Source: an uncultured virus (IMG/VR IMGVR_UViG_3300028797_000117)
Lineage: Duplodnaviria > Heunggongvirae > Uroviricota > Caudoviricetes
Virus record (IMG/VR): IMGVR_UViG_3300028797_000117
Length of the DNA stretch: 64,000 bases
Reading direction: 5' to 3' (one strand)
The notes under the pieces were generated by a model. That model did not search any database. It had not been told where the DNA came from and was given only the letters and a program-made list of their open reading frames with translations. Position 1 is the first letter of the stretch, and every line of letters begins with the position of its first letter. Position numbers and translations under genes: made by a program. Positions 39,465 through 49,803 of the stretch are shown in pieces.

Positions 39465-40550
39465 TTATTCACCTACTTCTTCTTCTTTATTCTTTTTATT
39501 TCGACAATCTTTACAAATACTATAAAAACCATCTTTAGATGTTTTATTTTTTGAAAAATAAATATTATGAGCTAATTTAACTTCTCCACAACGAGAACAT
39601 TTCTTTCATTTACCCTTCTCTTGATATGTATAGTACCAGTTCAAATATCTCTTAACCTCGTTCTCCGCAATAAGTTTAGGTATTTTATTGCGCCAAAGAG
39701 AACTAATATATTCTACAGAATGCTTAATTCCATAATCTAATTCTAATAAGAATTGGATTTCCGCATTACTCTTACCATCAATTTTATAAATTAGTAAATC
39801 ATAATACAAAGGATATTTTTCCTTTAATGTATCGTCTACTAAATCATCAAGATCTTCCATCATGTAATAGCAATCACCATCAAATTTACCTCATGATTCT
39901 TCTTTTAGTGCACTATAGTTGCACAAAAGTGCGGAGATGTGTTTAGGATCAAAGAATGAGACCAATCCGCGATTAACCGGCATCCCGCTTTCATCTATAT
40001 AAATATCATCTGGAAATTCAGAATGTGCAAAACTTCTTGCCGCACCAGATGTATAAATTGTTTGTTTTACGTCATTTTTAATAGTGTATTGTTCTTGATA
40101 CATTTCAATAAGCCATTTTTTTAATTTATATTTTCTTTTACCTGTTGCTCTTTTCTCTTGTTCTTTCATGACTTCTATCGCGTCTTTAAGGTCTGCTAAA
40201 GCAGGGATTTCCGCGATATCTTTAGGACTAATTGAAATTTTAGGAGTTAATAATACATTTTTATCATTATCCATTGTAATATTGTATAAACCATCTTCTC
40301 CATTTTCAAATTTACTTACCAATCCTTGATATGAAGTTTCTCTTTTATTTATTGTTATCATTCTATTATCAGTTATAATTTCTTTTTTCTTTTTTTCGTT
40401 TTTATCCATCGCAAATATAATATAATTACTTAATATTTCAATGTAATTGTCAGTTAATTGACTAGGAGGAGTTTCCGCAATAATTTGTTCTACTAATTTT
40501 TTTCTTTCTTCTGCTGTTTTTAAACTATAGTCTAATTTTCTAATGTCCAT
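39465..40550 (-). CDS. HTH plus C-terminal Zn-ribbon protein (possible late regulator), 361 aa (code 4)
   Basis: Joined by TGA at 39891 and 39606. KIDGKSNAEI...YISSLW is HTH-like; CSRC...CKDC at the C-terminus. Confidence 0.65.
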
Positions 40551-40742
40551 TAGTAAAAACTCCTTTCTTTAATCACTTTTGACCTTATTTATACTTATAT
40601 TGTAATCTAAAATTTTTCATTTGTCAATCTCGCTTAAAGCAATAGTAGTTGATTATTTAAGTAAAATATATTATAATAACAATAGTAAGAAAAGAGGCGG
40701 GCGGAGCGATTCCCGTCTGGAGATGAAAGGAGCGGTTTCCGC

Positions 40743-41009
40743 ATGAAATCTATAAAAGGAAGATTGTTTTGGTATAATAAGGTAAAACCTAATTTGAAAT
40801 ATATTGCTGTTTTAACGGCAGGAATTTTGATTTCCGCATTAATTATTATTGGAAGCAAATTTTTTAGAAAACCTGCTTATTCTTATATTGATTTACAAGG
40901 TAATAAAGGAATAGCTAGCGAATGTGAAAAAGATTGTGGAAAATTAATTTGTAAAGAATATTATAGTAATGGAGTGTTAGAGGTAAAACAGTTTGTAAGG
41001 ATAAGATAG
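40743..41009 (+). CDS. Small single-TM protein
   Basis: AAAGGAG upstream; hydrophobic IAVLTAGILISALIIIG. Confidence 0.5.
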   Translation: MKSIKGRLFWYNKVKPNLKYIAVLTAGILISALIIIGSKFFRKPAYSYIDLQGNKGIASECEKDCGKLICKEYYSNGVLEVKQFVRIR

Positions 41010-41346
41010 AAAGAAAAAATTTTTCGTATCTCGAGTCAAAAATGAGGTTGGAGATTTTTATGTCGAGGTCAAAACTTTTACAAAAGAGAAGCTTTTTTTT
41101 CTCCTGAAAATCTACCCCCATTAACCCTTTCACCTTTGCGGTACGTTCGGTAGAAAGGTCAATGGGATTTCCTACACCATCAGGTTTGTAGGGTCGTGGA
41201 GGCACGAGACGACTCGAATTTTACATTTACTTTACATTTGAAAAACTTTTCATTTGACATTTCAATTTTATATTTTATTTACATTTTCACATAATTAATA
41301 CATAAAGATAATAAATAAAAAAAATAAAAAATTTTTAAAAAAACTA

Positions 41347-41375
41347 TTGACAATGTATTACTATTATGATATAAT
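41347..41375 (+). promoter_or_regulatory. Sigma-A-like promoter, first of ~14 in 41.3-47.0 kb
   Basis: TTGACA-17 nt (with extended -10 TG)-TATAAT followed by AATGTAA. Same pattern near 41938, 42447, 42696, 42945, 43587, 43807, 44039, 45044, 45569, 45669, 46355, 46449 and 46951. Confidence 0.85.
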
Positions 41376-41409
41376 TAAAATGTAAAAAGGAAAGAGAGTT
41401 GATAAACTT

Positions 41410-41898
41410 ATGAAAAAATTATTCTTAGATATGGACGGAACAATTGCTATGTTTAATAGTAAAAGAAATGCTTTAAAAAGATTTGATAATGAAAAAGGTT
41501 TCTTCCAAACTTTAAAGCCTTTTGTTAATATTAATGTTATTAATGAAATGATAAAAAAGGGAAATATTGAAATCTATGTTATTTCAGCAAGTCCAAATGA
41601 ACAAGCAGACATTGACAAGATGGCTTGGTTAAATACCTATCTTCCTAACCTATCTCAAACAAATATTTGCTTTTGTAGATTAGGACAAAACAAAGCAAAA
41701 GTTATCAAAGACAAACTTAATATTGACATTGATAATAATTGTTATTTATTAGATGATTACACAAAAAACTTAATTGAGTGGAATAATTGCAAAGGTATTG
41801 GAATTAAAAGACTAACATCACTTGCAGACAATTCAAGAAAGATTTGGAAAGGTTTATCAATTAAAAATCTTAATCAATTAACAACTTTATTTGAATAA
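41410..41898 (+). CDS. HAD-family 5'(3')-deoxyribonucleotidase-like protein
   Basis: LFLDMDGT motif I, ISAS, LLDDYTKNL. Confidence 0.8.
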   Translation: MKKLFLDMDGTIAMFNSKRNALKRFDNEKGFFQTLKPFVNINVINEMIKKGNIEIYVISASPNEQADIDKMAWLNTYLPNLSQTNICFCRLGQNKAKVIKDKLNIDIDNNCYLLDDYTKNLIEWNNCKGIGIKRLTSLADNSRKIWKGLSIKNLNQLTTLFE

Positions 41899-41995
41899 TA
41901 AAGTTGTTTTTATTTGTGTAAAGTTTTACAAAATGTATTGCAAAGTTAAATTTGAAATGGTATAATAATAATGTAAGATAAAGAAAGAAAGGTAG

Positions 41996-42250
41996 TTGAT
42001 TACAATGACAAACAAAACAAATAAGAAAGGAAATAAAAGACAATTCAAATATGAATTAATTGTATTAATAACATTATCATTATTTAATCTTTATTGTATT
42101 ATTTATCACATAACATTAAATGGATTTAATCTAATAAACATTTTAAAAGAAATAATGATTTATTATTCATTAACATTTGCAATGTATTACATAACAAAAG
42201 ACATTAGAAAAAATCCAAAAGAATATTCTTTAAAAGAGTTATGTAAATAA
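41996..42250 (+). CDS. Small two-TM membrane protein
   Basis: Own promoter and RBS; two hydrophobic stretches. Confidence 0.55.
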   Translation: MITMTNKTNKKGNKRQFKYELIVLITLSLFNLYCIIYHITLNGFNLINILKEIMIYYSLTFAMYYITKDIRKNPKEYSLKELCK

Positions 42251-42508
42251 TACAAATGTAAAGTATTAGAAATAATACTTTACATTTTATTTACAATGTG
42301 AGCGGCTCGCGGTGGGCTGTCGCGAGCCGAATTGGGTGTAATAAGTTGCCTTTAGGACTTGACACTTGGTTTACATCAAAGTCGAATGAATAAGTTTTTT
42401 CCTAAAAATAAAAATAAAAAAAATAAAAAATTTTTTAAAAAAACTATTGACATTACTAATACATTATGTTATAATTATAATGTAAGAAGGAAAGGTGGGG
42501 GATACCCT

Positions 42509-42676
42509 ATGAAATATTACATCTATTCAAAAGTACATAATCAAAAATATTATTATGAAGGATACTTAGACGCAGTTGGTGATTATCATAAACTTGCTGA
42601 AAGATTAGGCGTTTACTCTTGTGATTTATACATTGGCGTTGAATTAAGTAAGGAATACGCCTTCTTAAATAAATAA
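42509..42676 (+). CDS. Small hypothetical protein
   Basis: MKYYIYSK... downstream of the promoter at 42447. Confidence 0.55.
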   Translation: MKYYIYSKVHNQKYYYEGYLDAVGDYHKLAERLGVYSCDLYIGVELSKEYAFLNK

Positions 42677-42755
42677 AAAAAATTAAAAAAAACTATTGAC
42701 AATAAATCAATAGTATGCTATAATAATAATGTAAATAAGAAAGGAAGTGTTGAAA

Positions 42756-42914
42756 ATGGCACAAAGAAAAAAATCAGTTGCTAAGGCAATAGTTGACAAA
42801 AATGCTGCTCAATTTATGAGAACTGCAGCAAATCTTGCAAGAAAGGGCAAGACAAATAAAAAATTGCATGGTCGCAATGCAAACCCTAAGGCAATGAAAT
42901 ACAACATTGCCTAA
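42756..42914 (+). CDS. Small basic protein, 52 aa (absent from the track)
   Basis: MAQRKKSVAK...NLARKGKTNKKLHGRNANPKAMKYNIA; own promoter and RBS; resembles 63019-63279. Confidence 0.7.
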   Translation: MAQRKKSVAKAIVDKNAAQFMRTAANLARKGKTNKKLHGRNANPKAMKYNIA

Positions 42915-43018
42915 GGGTAAAACCTAAAAAAATAAAAAAAACTATTGACAAACAAAACCTAAAATGGTATAATTAAAATGTAAGTAAGGGGAGCCACCCT
43001 TAAATAAATTGAAAGGAA

Positions 43019-43384
43019 GTGATAAAAATGGCAGAAGTTAAAAAAACAAAAAGAGTTTTCTACAATGAAATAGTAGAAATCGCAAAAAATCTAGGAAAGG
43101 AAGATTTAGTAGAATTCGCTACTCACGAAATCGAATTACTAGATAAGAAAAAATCTAGCGATACAAAATCAAAAAATCAAATCGCTAACGAAGGTATTAA
43201 AGAAGTTATAGTTAATACACTTCAAGAATTAGGTAAATTCGCAACAATAAGCGAAATTCAAAGCGCAAATGCTGAATTAAGCGAATTATCTAATCAAAAA
43301 GTAAGCGCTTTACTAAAACAATTAGTTGATAGCGAAGTTGTTAAAAAACAAATCGACAAGAAAAAAGCATACTTCGCTTGCTAG
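43019..43384 (+). CDS. Winged-helix paralog family, copy 1
   Basis: HEIELLDKK...SNQKVSALLKQLVD...KKKAYF. Confidence 0.75.
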   Translation: MIKMAEVKKTKRVFYNEIVEIAKNLGKEDLVEFATHEIELLDKKKSSDTKSKNQIANEGIKEVIVNTLQELGKFATISEIQSANAELSELSNQKVSALLKQLVDSEVVKKQIDKKKAYFAC

Positions 43385-43628
43385 TCGAAATGTCAACCTA
43401 AAAAGGTTGACTTCTTTTTTTATTGTGGATGATACGCCAGGATGCGTTGTGCTGGCGGCCCGCGGGCAGTCGATGCGGGCCGTAAATTTTATGTAAACTG
43501 ATCTGTAAAGTTTTTGTAAACCGCTTGTGATACGCTAGGCTCAGTTGTGTTATCCCAAAAATAATGAAAAAAAATAAAAAAAATGCTTGACTTTTTTTCT
43601 AAAAGTGGTATAATTAAAATGTAAGGAA

Positions 43629-43832
43629 GTGATAGAAATGAAAAAAATGTATGTTGTAAATACTCCAAAAAAAGAAAGTAATGTTATTACAATAAAACCT
43701 AGAAAAACTAGAGTGCAATTAACAACTTGTAAAAGTGCAACTTATTCTTTCTACACTAAAGCAAGTAAAAAAAGTGAAAGAAATTTAAAAAATTCACTAA
43801 AAAGACTTGACTTATCTAATCTAATGTGATAA
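43629..43832 (+). CDS. Small basic protein
   Basis: Own promoter; ends TGA TAA. Confidence 0.55.
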
Positions 43833-43868
43833 AATAATAATGTAAATAAGAAAAGGAGAGTGATTAAA

Positions 43869-43994
43869 ATGGCAATGACACCAGCAAAAAGACACGCAAC
43901 TCGTGCAAAATATGAAGCACTTGCTCAAGCAAGAAAAAATGATAGATTAGGAATTAAACCTATGAAATCAACTAAAAAGGGAAAGAGAAAATAA
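43869..43994 (+). CDS. Small basic protein, 41 aa (absent from the track)
   Basis: MAMTPAKRHATRAKYEALAQARKNDRLGIKPMKSTKKGKRK; promoter and AAAGGAG RBS. Confidence 0.6.
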   Translation: MAMTPAKRHATRAKYEALAQARKNDRLGIKPMKSTKKGKRK

Positions 43995-44087
43995 TTTCTC
44001 TTCCCTACAAAAAAAATAAAAAAAATGTAAAAAAACTATTGACTTTAAAAAGTGATTATGTTATAATAATAATGTAATTAAGGAAAG

Positions 44088-44864
44088 GTGATTTTAATGA
44101 AAGTTAGTTATCCAACTAGAAAAAAAATGGTTAATGTAAAAGAGTTAGAATATTTAATGTTTATTGATATTGAAACTATTGGAACTCTAAATGTAATTGA
44201 AAGTTGTTTACCATTTGAAATTGGTATGAAAATTATAAATGTTAAACAAGACAAAATTATTGTTGAAAAAAGTTATCTAGTAAGAAGATTTTTCAATAAT
44301 AAATACATAATGAATTGCACTTTTAGTGCTAGTAAATACCCAACTTATCAAAGTAAAATTGAAAATGATAAAAGGTATAAATTGTATAGTGCTAATGAAA
44401 TATCAAAAGACTTAACAAAGTTAATTGATAAATACCAAATTGACACAATGGTAGCACACAATGGCAAGTTTGATTATTCAATGTTATGTCAATATTTCAA
44501 TGAGTTTGAAACACAAAACCCATTTGAAAATATCAATGTTTTAGACACAATGGAACTTGCAAAACCTATCACAAAGTCAATAGATTATGAAAATTGGTGC
44601 TTATTAAATATTGACTTAACAAGTGTTAAAAATGGCAAAATTGAAAGTGATTTCATAACTGCAAGTGGTAGAGTAAGAACAACTGCACAAGCAATTTATT
44701 CTTACTTAACAAAAAACCCTAATTTTCAAGAAGCACACACAGGACTTGAAGATATTTCAATAGAATATGAAATATTCAAAGCAAGTGCTAAATACAATAA
44801 TTTTGTAAATCTAAATCAAGCACCAACTTGGAAAGATTTTCAAGCAATAGCAAAAGTAGAGTAA
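44088..44864 (+). CDS. DEDDh 3'-5' exonuclease
   Basis: FIDIET, VAHNGKFD, LDTM and EAHTGLED motifs. Confidence 0.85.
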   Translation: MILMKVSYPTRKKMVNVKELEYLMFIDIETIGTLNVIESCLPFEIGMKIINVKQDKIIVEKSYLVRRFFNNKYIMNCTFSASKYPTYQSKIENDKRYKLYSANEISKDLTKLIDKYQIDTMVAHNGKFDYSMLCQYFNEFETQNPFENINVLDTMELAKPITKSIDYENWCLLNIDLTSVKNGKIESDFITASGRVRTTAQAIYSYLTKNPNFQEAHTGLEDISIEYEIFKASAKYNNFVNLNQAPTWKDFQAIAKVE

Positions 44865-45094
44865 ATGTAAACTCTACTTTTACTTTACAATAGCACTTTA
44901 CATTTTGTTTACGCGGCGGCGCGCGGACGGCCATTTCATCTGCCTGGCGCCGCATTTTACATTTACTTTACACTTGGAAAAATCGCGACACGCCTGGCCG
45001 CGTTGTATTACAAAAAATTTTTTCACAAAATTACATTTTTCTATTGACAATTTTTTAATAATTTGTTATAATTATAATGTAAGAAATAAAGGAA

Positions 45095-45559
45095 GTGATA
45101 AAAATGAAAAGAAAAACATTTAGCAAACAAGATGTTCGCCTTGTTCAAGATTTTATCAATGAAATAGATAGCGATATTAAGGTATTTAAGGGTAGTCGCT
45201 TTGAGTGTGATATTTATGAGGAAAAAATCTATTTAGGTAGCAAAAGATTTAGTAGAATAAATGAGTTATTTTGTGAGTGGTTAAGTGAAAAAATTGATTT
45301 TGAACCTAATTATTGCATAGTTGCTATTCTTCACGAGTTAGGACACATTATGACAAATACTGAAGAATTGCAAGATAATAGAGAAATGTTAGATAGTATG
45401 TTTACATTTATGTATGAAAATAATGTTATTACTGAAAAAGAATATTTCAAAAATTATTTTGAAATACCTGCCGAGTATCAAGCAACAATGTGGGGAATTG
45501 AGTTTTACAAACAAAATTTCGCTTTTTGTGAAAACCTTGCAAAATTATTAAAAGTTTAA
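45095..45559 (+). CDS. HExxH zincin-like metallopeptidase
   Basis: ILHELGH motif and a downstream PAEYQA glutamate. Confidence 0.65.
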   Translation: MIKMKRKTFSKQDVRLVQDFINEIDSDIKVFKGSRFECDIYEEKIYLGSKRFSRINELFCEWLSEKIDFEPNYCIVAILHELGHIMTNTEELQDNREMLDSMFTFMYENNVITEKEYFKNYFEIPAEYQATMWGIEFYKQNFAFCENLAKLLKV

Positions 45560-45741
45560 AAAAAATGCTTGACTTTTAAAATTAAAAATGTTATAATAAT
45601 AATGTAATAAGAAAGGAAATAACATAACTTGCTTAACTAAAAAAATGTTAAAACTTAATAAAAAAGTATTGACAAGTTAAGCAAGTTATGATAAAATAAA
45701 TATGTAATAAGAAATCCATAAGTAAAGGAGAGTGATTAGAT

Positions 45742-46101
45742 ATGGAAAGAAAAATTACAAAGAGAGATAATTTTAATGAAATTATCAAAATTGCTGAAAA
45801 TCTAAATAGAAAGGACTTAGTTGATTTTTGTAATCACGAGATTGAATTACTTGATAGAAAAAAATCAAGTGATACAAAAACTAAAAATCAAGTTGCTAAT
45901 GAAAGCATAAAAGAAACTATCTTAAATGTTCTTAATGCTAACAAAGGCACTCAAATGACTATCACTGATATTCAAAATGCTAACACTGAATTAAGTGAGT
46001 TATCAAATCAAAAAATGAGTGCTTTACTAAAACAACTTGTAGATAGTCAAGTTATCTGTAAAGTAGTTGACAAAAAGAAAGCATACTTTTACGCTAACTA
46101 A
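45742..46101 (+). CDS. Winged-helix paralog family, copy 2
   Basis: HEIELLDRKK...SNQKMSALLKQLVD. Confidence 0.75.
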   Translation: MERKITKRDNFNEIIKIAENLNRKDLVDFCNHEIELLDRKKSSDTKTKNQVANESIKETILNVLNANKGTQMTITDIQNANTELSELSNQKMSALLKQLVDSQVICKVVDKKKAYFYAN

Positions 46102-46527
46102 TGTCAATGGGGTGTAAACCCCTCTTTTTTTTTGGTAAACCAAATGACACACCTGGTTGAGTTGTGGCGGGCCGTTGACCCACGGGACGGCCCAAATTTT
46201 TATTATACCACTGCCGCAGGGTTTTGTCAATACTTTTTTGCAAATTTTACACTTTTTTTTGTAAATCCTGAAATTCCCTTTGATCTGATCCGGATCCGAC
46301 ACGCGTGGGTGAGTTGTATTGTAAAAAATTTTTTAATTTTTTTTAAAAAAATACTTGACTTATTTTCTAATTATGGTATAATTATAATGTAAGAAGAAAG
46401 GAAAGCAAAAACCGAATAAAAAATATTTAAAAAAAATAAAAAAAATGCTTGACTTTCTAATTAAAAAATGTTATAATTATAATGTAAATAAGAAAAGAAC
46501 TTATTTACACAGTCAAAGAAAAGGAGA

Positions 46528-46896
46528 GTGATAAAAATGACTGAAAAAAAATTAACAAAAAAAGATTATTTTAGAAAGGTTGTAGAACTTGCTACTGAAA
46601 ACGGCATGACTGATTTAGTAAACTTTGCAAATCATGAAATCGAGTTGTTAGAAAATAAGTCAAGCAAAAAGACTGAAACTAAAACTCAAAAAGAAAATGT
46701 TGCAATAATGGAAACTATTGTTGAAACATTAACTGATTTAGCAAAACCAGTTAGAATAACTGATTTACAAAGTGCTAATGAAACACTTGCAAATCTATCA
46801 AATCAAAAAATAAGTGCTTTACTTAAAAAGTTAGTTGATAGCGGTAAAGTTGCTAAAACTATTGAAAAGAAAATTGCTTTCTTCTCAATAATGTAA
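46528..46896 (+). CDS. Winged-helix paralog family, copy 3
   Basis: HEIELLENK...SNQKISALLKKLVD. Confidence 0.75.
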   Translation: MIKMTEKKLTKKDYFRKVVELATENGMTDLVNFANHEIELLENKSSKKTETKTQKENVAIMETIVETLTDLAKPVRITDLQSANETLANLSNQKISALLKKLVDSGKVAKTIEKKIAFFSIM

Positions 46897-47002
46897 AATT
46901 AAGCGGTGGAACCGGTTAAAGTAGAATTGACCGGTTCCCGCAAAAAAGTATTGACAAATAGACCTTATTATGATACAATTAAAATGTAAGGAGAGTGATA
47001 AA

Positions 47003-47431
47003 ATGAAAAATTATGTTGAAAATGGAAAGGTTATTGAAATAACACTTGATAATGGAAAAGTTGTTAAATGCTCTAAAATGTGGGTAGATAAAACAATGAA
47101 ATCTCTAAACACTGATATTGAAGATGTATTGCTTATGTTTTTAGAAGATAATGACTACTTAATCAATGAAGATTTAGAAGAACTTGACAAACAAGCAAAA
47201 AGCAATAAACCAAAAAATGTTGCAAAGTCTACTACTGAAAGAAAAAAAGTTGTAAGGGAAAGAAAACCTAATCCAACCAAAGAAAACATTATTCAAGTAG
47301 TTGCAAATGCTTTACAACCTATTGCTGAAAATGTAGTTATTGAAAATGTCGGTAAAATAATTACATTTAAAGTAGATAATAAGGACTTTAAAATAGATTT
47401 AACCGAAAAAAGAGTTAAAAAGAGTGAATAA
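47003..47431 (+). CDS. Hypothetical protein, paralog of 49804-50220
   Basis: LEDNDY...ERKPNPTKE...IENVGKIITF. Confidence 0.7.
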   Translation: MKNYVENGKVIEITLDNGKVVKCSKMWVDKTMKSLNTDIEDVLLMFLEDNDYLINEDLEELDKQAKSNKPKNVAKSTTERKKVVRERKPNPTKENIIQVVANALQPIAENVVIENVGKIITFKVDNKDFKIDLTEKRVKKSE

Positions 47432-48279
47432 TCACTCTTTTTTGCGTGTTTACAAAGTTTTTACGTCAATTTACAGTAAAATTGACGTCAATTTACATGT
47501 AAAGGATCTGTAAAGCGGCGCGACCATGGTCAAAATGCGCCGAATTTGCGCAAAATCAACTATTTTTACGATTTTTTGAGCGAAAATCGCGATATTTTAC
47601 AATTTTTTTACATTCCCATAATTGAGCGGATCGCGGAGGAACGGAGCGACTCCGAATCCCGTCCCAAATCACCTATATGCAAATTTTTTCCTCGTTCTAG
47701 CGACCGCGATTCATCCCTATATGATCCCAAAATTAACATTCTAGCAAACGAACATTTGTTTGATTGACAAAATAAAAATTTTATGTTATACTGTTCAAAA
47801 AAAAGAAATTTAGCTTCGCTTAAATTTCTTAGATCGGGAACCGCGCTTCCGCATTGACAAAATAAATAAAATATGTTATAATAAAAAGAAAAAGGGGATA
47901 TTTTTTTTATATAAAAAACACTTCCCATTATATTATATAATATTTTTTTAATAAAATCAATAAAAATTGGCAAAATGAGCTTAGATTTTTTACAACAACG
48001 ATAAAATATCCGTCAGAGAAGCACAACAGCAAAATGACAAGCAAACAATAGGCAAAAACAATAGAAAAAGAAGTCTTTGAGACTTCTTATTTTTATTTAT
48101 CGTTTGACAAAGTAAAAATTTTTGTAAAATATCGTTTTCGTAATTTGAAATTAACTATATGGTAGGACGCGGTCGGTCGCACCGCAACTACACCATCTAT
48201 CCCATTTTCATACAATCTCATTAACAATAGCCAAATCTACACACACCCATTGCCGCATTTCTTGACAATAGTCAAAGAA

Positions 48280-48654
48280 CTAAAACAATAGCAACATCAT
48301 ATAGTTATATTCTCCACCAAGCGCGGCGTCCGCTGCATCCTTTTTAACAAGCGGCAACACTATATAATTACTTAATCCATTATTATTTATCTTATTATAT
48401 ATAGGATTTAATATATCTACCAACTTATTCTTTATTTCTATAGCATCTTTCCAATCTTCTATATTATCTTTTAATACTATACAATCTTTATAACTATATT
48501 CTTTTATACTATGTATATCATCTCTTTTAGCACTATATACTTTATAATAATATTCCTTATCATCTATATCATTATCAGTATAACCTATATACACTACTCT
48601 TCCTTCATCTATTATTCCATACACCTTATACATCTTATCATTCCTTCCTTTCAT
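48280..48654 (-). CDS. GIY-YIG-like nuclease domain protein
   Basis: YKVYGI...VVYIGYT...E...LNPIYN pattern. Confidence 0.5.
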   Translation of the reverse strand: MKGRNDKMYKVYGIIDEGRVVYIGYTDNDIDDKEYYYKVYSAKRDDIHSIKEYSYKDCIVLKDNIEDWKDAIEIKNKLVDILNPIYNKINNNGLSNYIVLPLVKKDAADAALGGEYNYMMLLLF

Positions 48655-48679
48655 TTTTATTGAGTAACCCAGCGCTAGA

Positions 48680-48965
48680 TTTGCATACTTTTGCCGTTAG
48701 GCAAAATTTTGCAAAATTTCCTTTCTTTTATTTTAGGGTTTGCAAAAAATGCCTTTTGGCAACTTTGGCAATTTTTCTGCAAACTTTGGCAAAAATTTTG
48801 GCAATCTTTGCAAAATTTTAATTAGAATTGCCATTTGGCAATATTTTTTTCCTCTTTTTCCATTTGGCAATTTTGGAAATTTCCACTTTCTGCCAAAATT
48901 TCCTTTTGGCAATTTTCATTAGTTTTGGCAATATTTTTTTCCAAAATTTCCTTTTGGCAAAAATC
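48680..48965. repeat. Cluster of TTTGGCAA/TTGCCAAA-type repeats (putative replication-origin iterons)
   Basis: More than ten copies or variants in and just downstream of the initiator gene's 3' end; three more near 49715-49755. Confidence 0.7.
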
Positions 48966-49376
48966 TGGATTGTCATTCTTTCTCTCTATCCAGCCTCTGT
49001 TATGGTATAATGTAGAGTTTGAAATTTCAAAACCTAATTCATTTTCCAAAATCTCTTTGATTTTCGCACCAGATAGCCCCTCATTATGAGCTAGCCCCCA
49101 AATGCGCCCCGAATCAAGTTTAGCCCTAACATCAGCCCCTATTTGAGATGCGGCAACCTTTTTATCATATGCAGCCCCCATTTTATCTATTTGCGGATAT
49201 ACCATATTAAGTGCCATTTTTACTGCTTTATTACTTGTTTCTATCATATCCCCGTATAAACCATATATCATTAAACCATAACAGAATTCCCATACTTCTT
49301 GTCCTTCTAAAACATCTGCGGCGGCATCGATCCAAGATTCCATAACCACGAACTTCTTATCTCCCATACTCCGCAC
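48822..49376 (-). CDS. Putative replication initiator (DUF6291-like N-terminus)
   Basis: KFVVMESW...IYGLYG...MVYPQIDK...YDKKV pattern; iterons embedded in the 3' part. Confidence 0.6.
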   Translation of the reverse strand: MRSMGDKKFVVMESWIDAAADVLEGQEVWEFCYGLMIYGLYGDMIETSNKAVKMALNMVYPQIDKMGAAYDKKVAASQIGADVRAKLDSGRIWGLAHNEGLSGAKIKEILENELGFEISNSTLYHNRGWIERKNDNPDFCQKEILEKNIAKTNENCQKEILAESGNFQNCQMEKEEKNIAKWQF

Positions 49377-49619
49377 CTACCCCTCTATACCTTCAAAATA
49401 TTCTTTTACTGCAGGGTTCTTGTCTAAGAATTCTTTTAGGTCTTTCATTTGTTGTCCTTCAGGCTTTTCTTTTTCAACAAAAATTGCTTTTTTACCACGC
49501 CCTATTTTTTCTATTAATATACCATACTTTTTTAATATCCCTTGTTGGACAGCAGGAAAGTTCTTGTATATACTAGTTTCACTGTAATCATATTTTTCTG
49601 CTAATTCTTTTTGTGTCAT
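49377..49619 (-). CDS. Small HTH DNA-binding protein
   Basis: MTQKELAEKYDYSETSI...KIGRGKKA. Confidence 0.65.
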   Translation of the reverse strand: MTQKELAEKYDYSETSIYKNFPAVQQGILKKYGILIEKIGRGKKAIFVEKEKPEGQQMKDLKEFLDKNPAVKEYFEGIEG

Positions 49620-49803
49620 ACTTTCCCCCTAATCTTTTATCTTATATATATATTATATGAAAATTTTTCAAAAAAGTCCAATGGAATTTTTGTAGTTTTT
49701 GTCGTAAAAACCCGCCATTTGGCAATAAATTTCCATTTGGCAAAATTGGCAAATTCTTTATATGGATAGCGGAAACCGCTGGTTTTACAAAGAAAAAACT
49801 AGG

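Noticed and set aside
47546..47973. ORFs 47546-47767 and 47608-47973
   Set aside because: They run through promoter-like and GC-patch non-coding DNA at the convergence zone and lack an RBS.
48740..49089. Phe/Gly-rich plus-strand ORFs, or a CRISPR array in the repeat cluster
   Set aside because: They arise from short ~8-nt iterons with irregular spacing; there are no 25-40-nt repeats with unique spacers and no cas genes.
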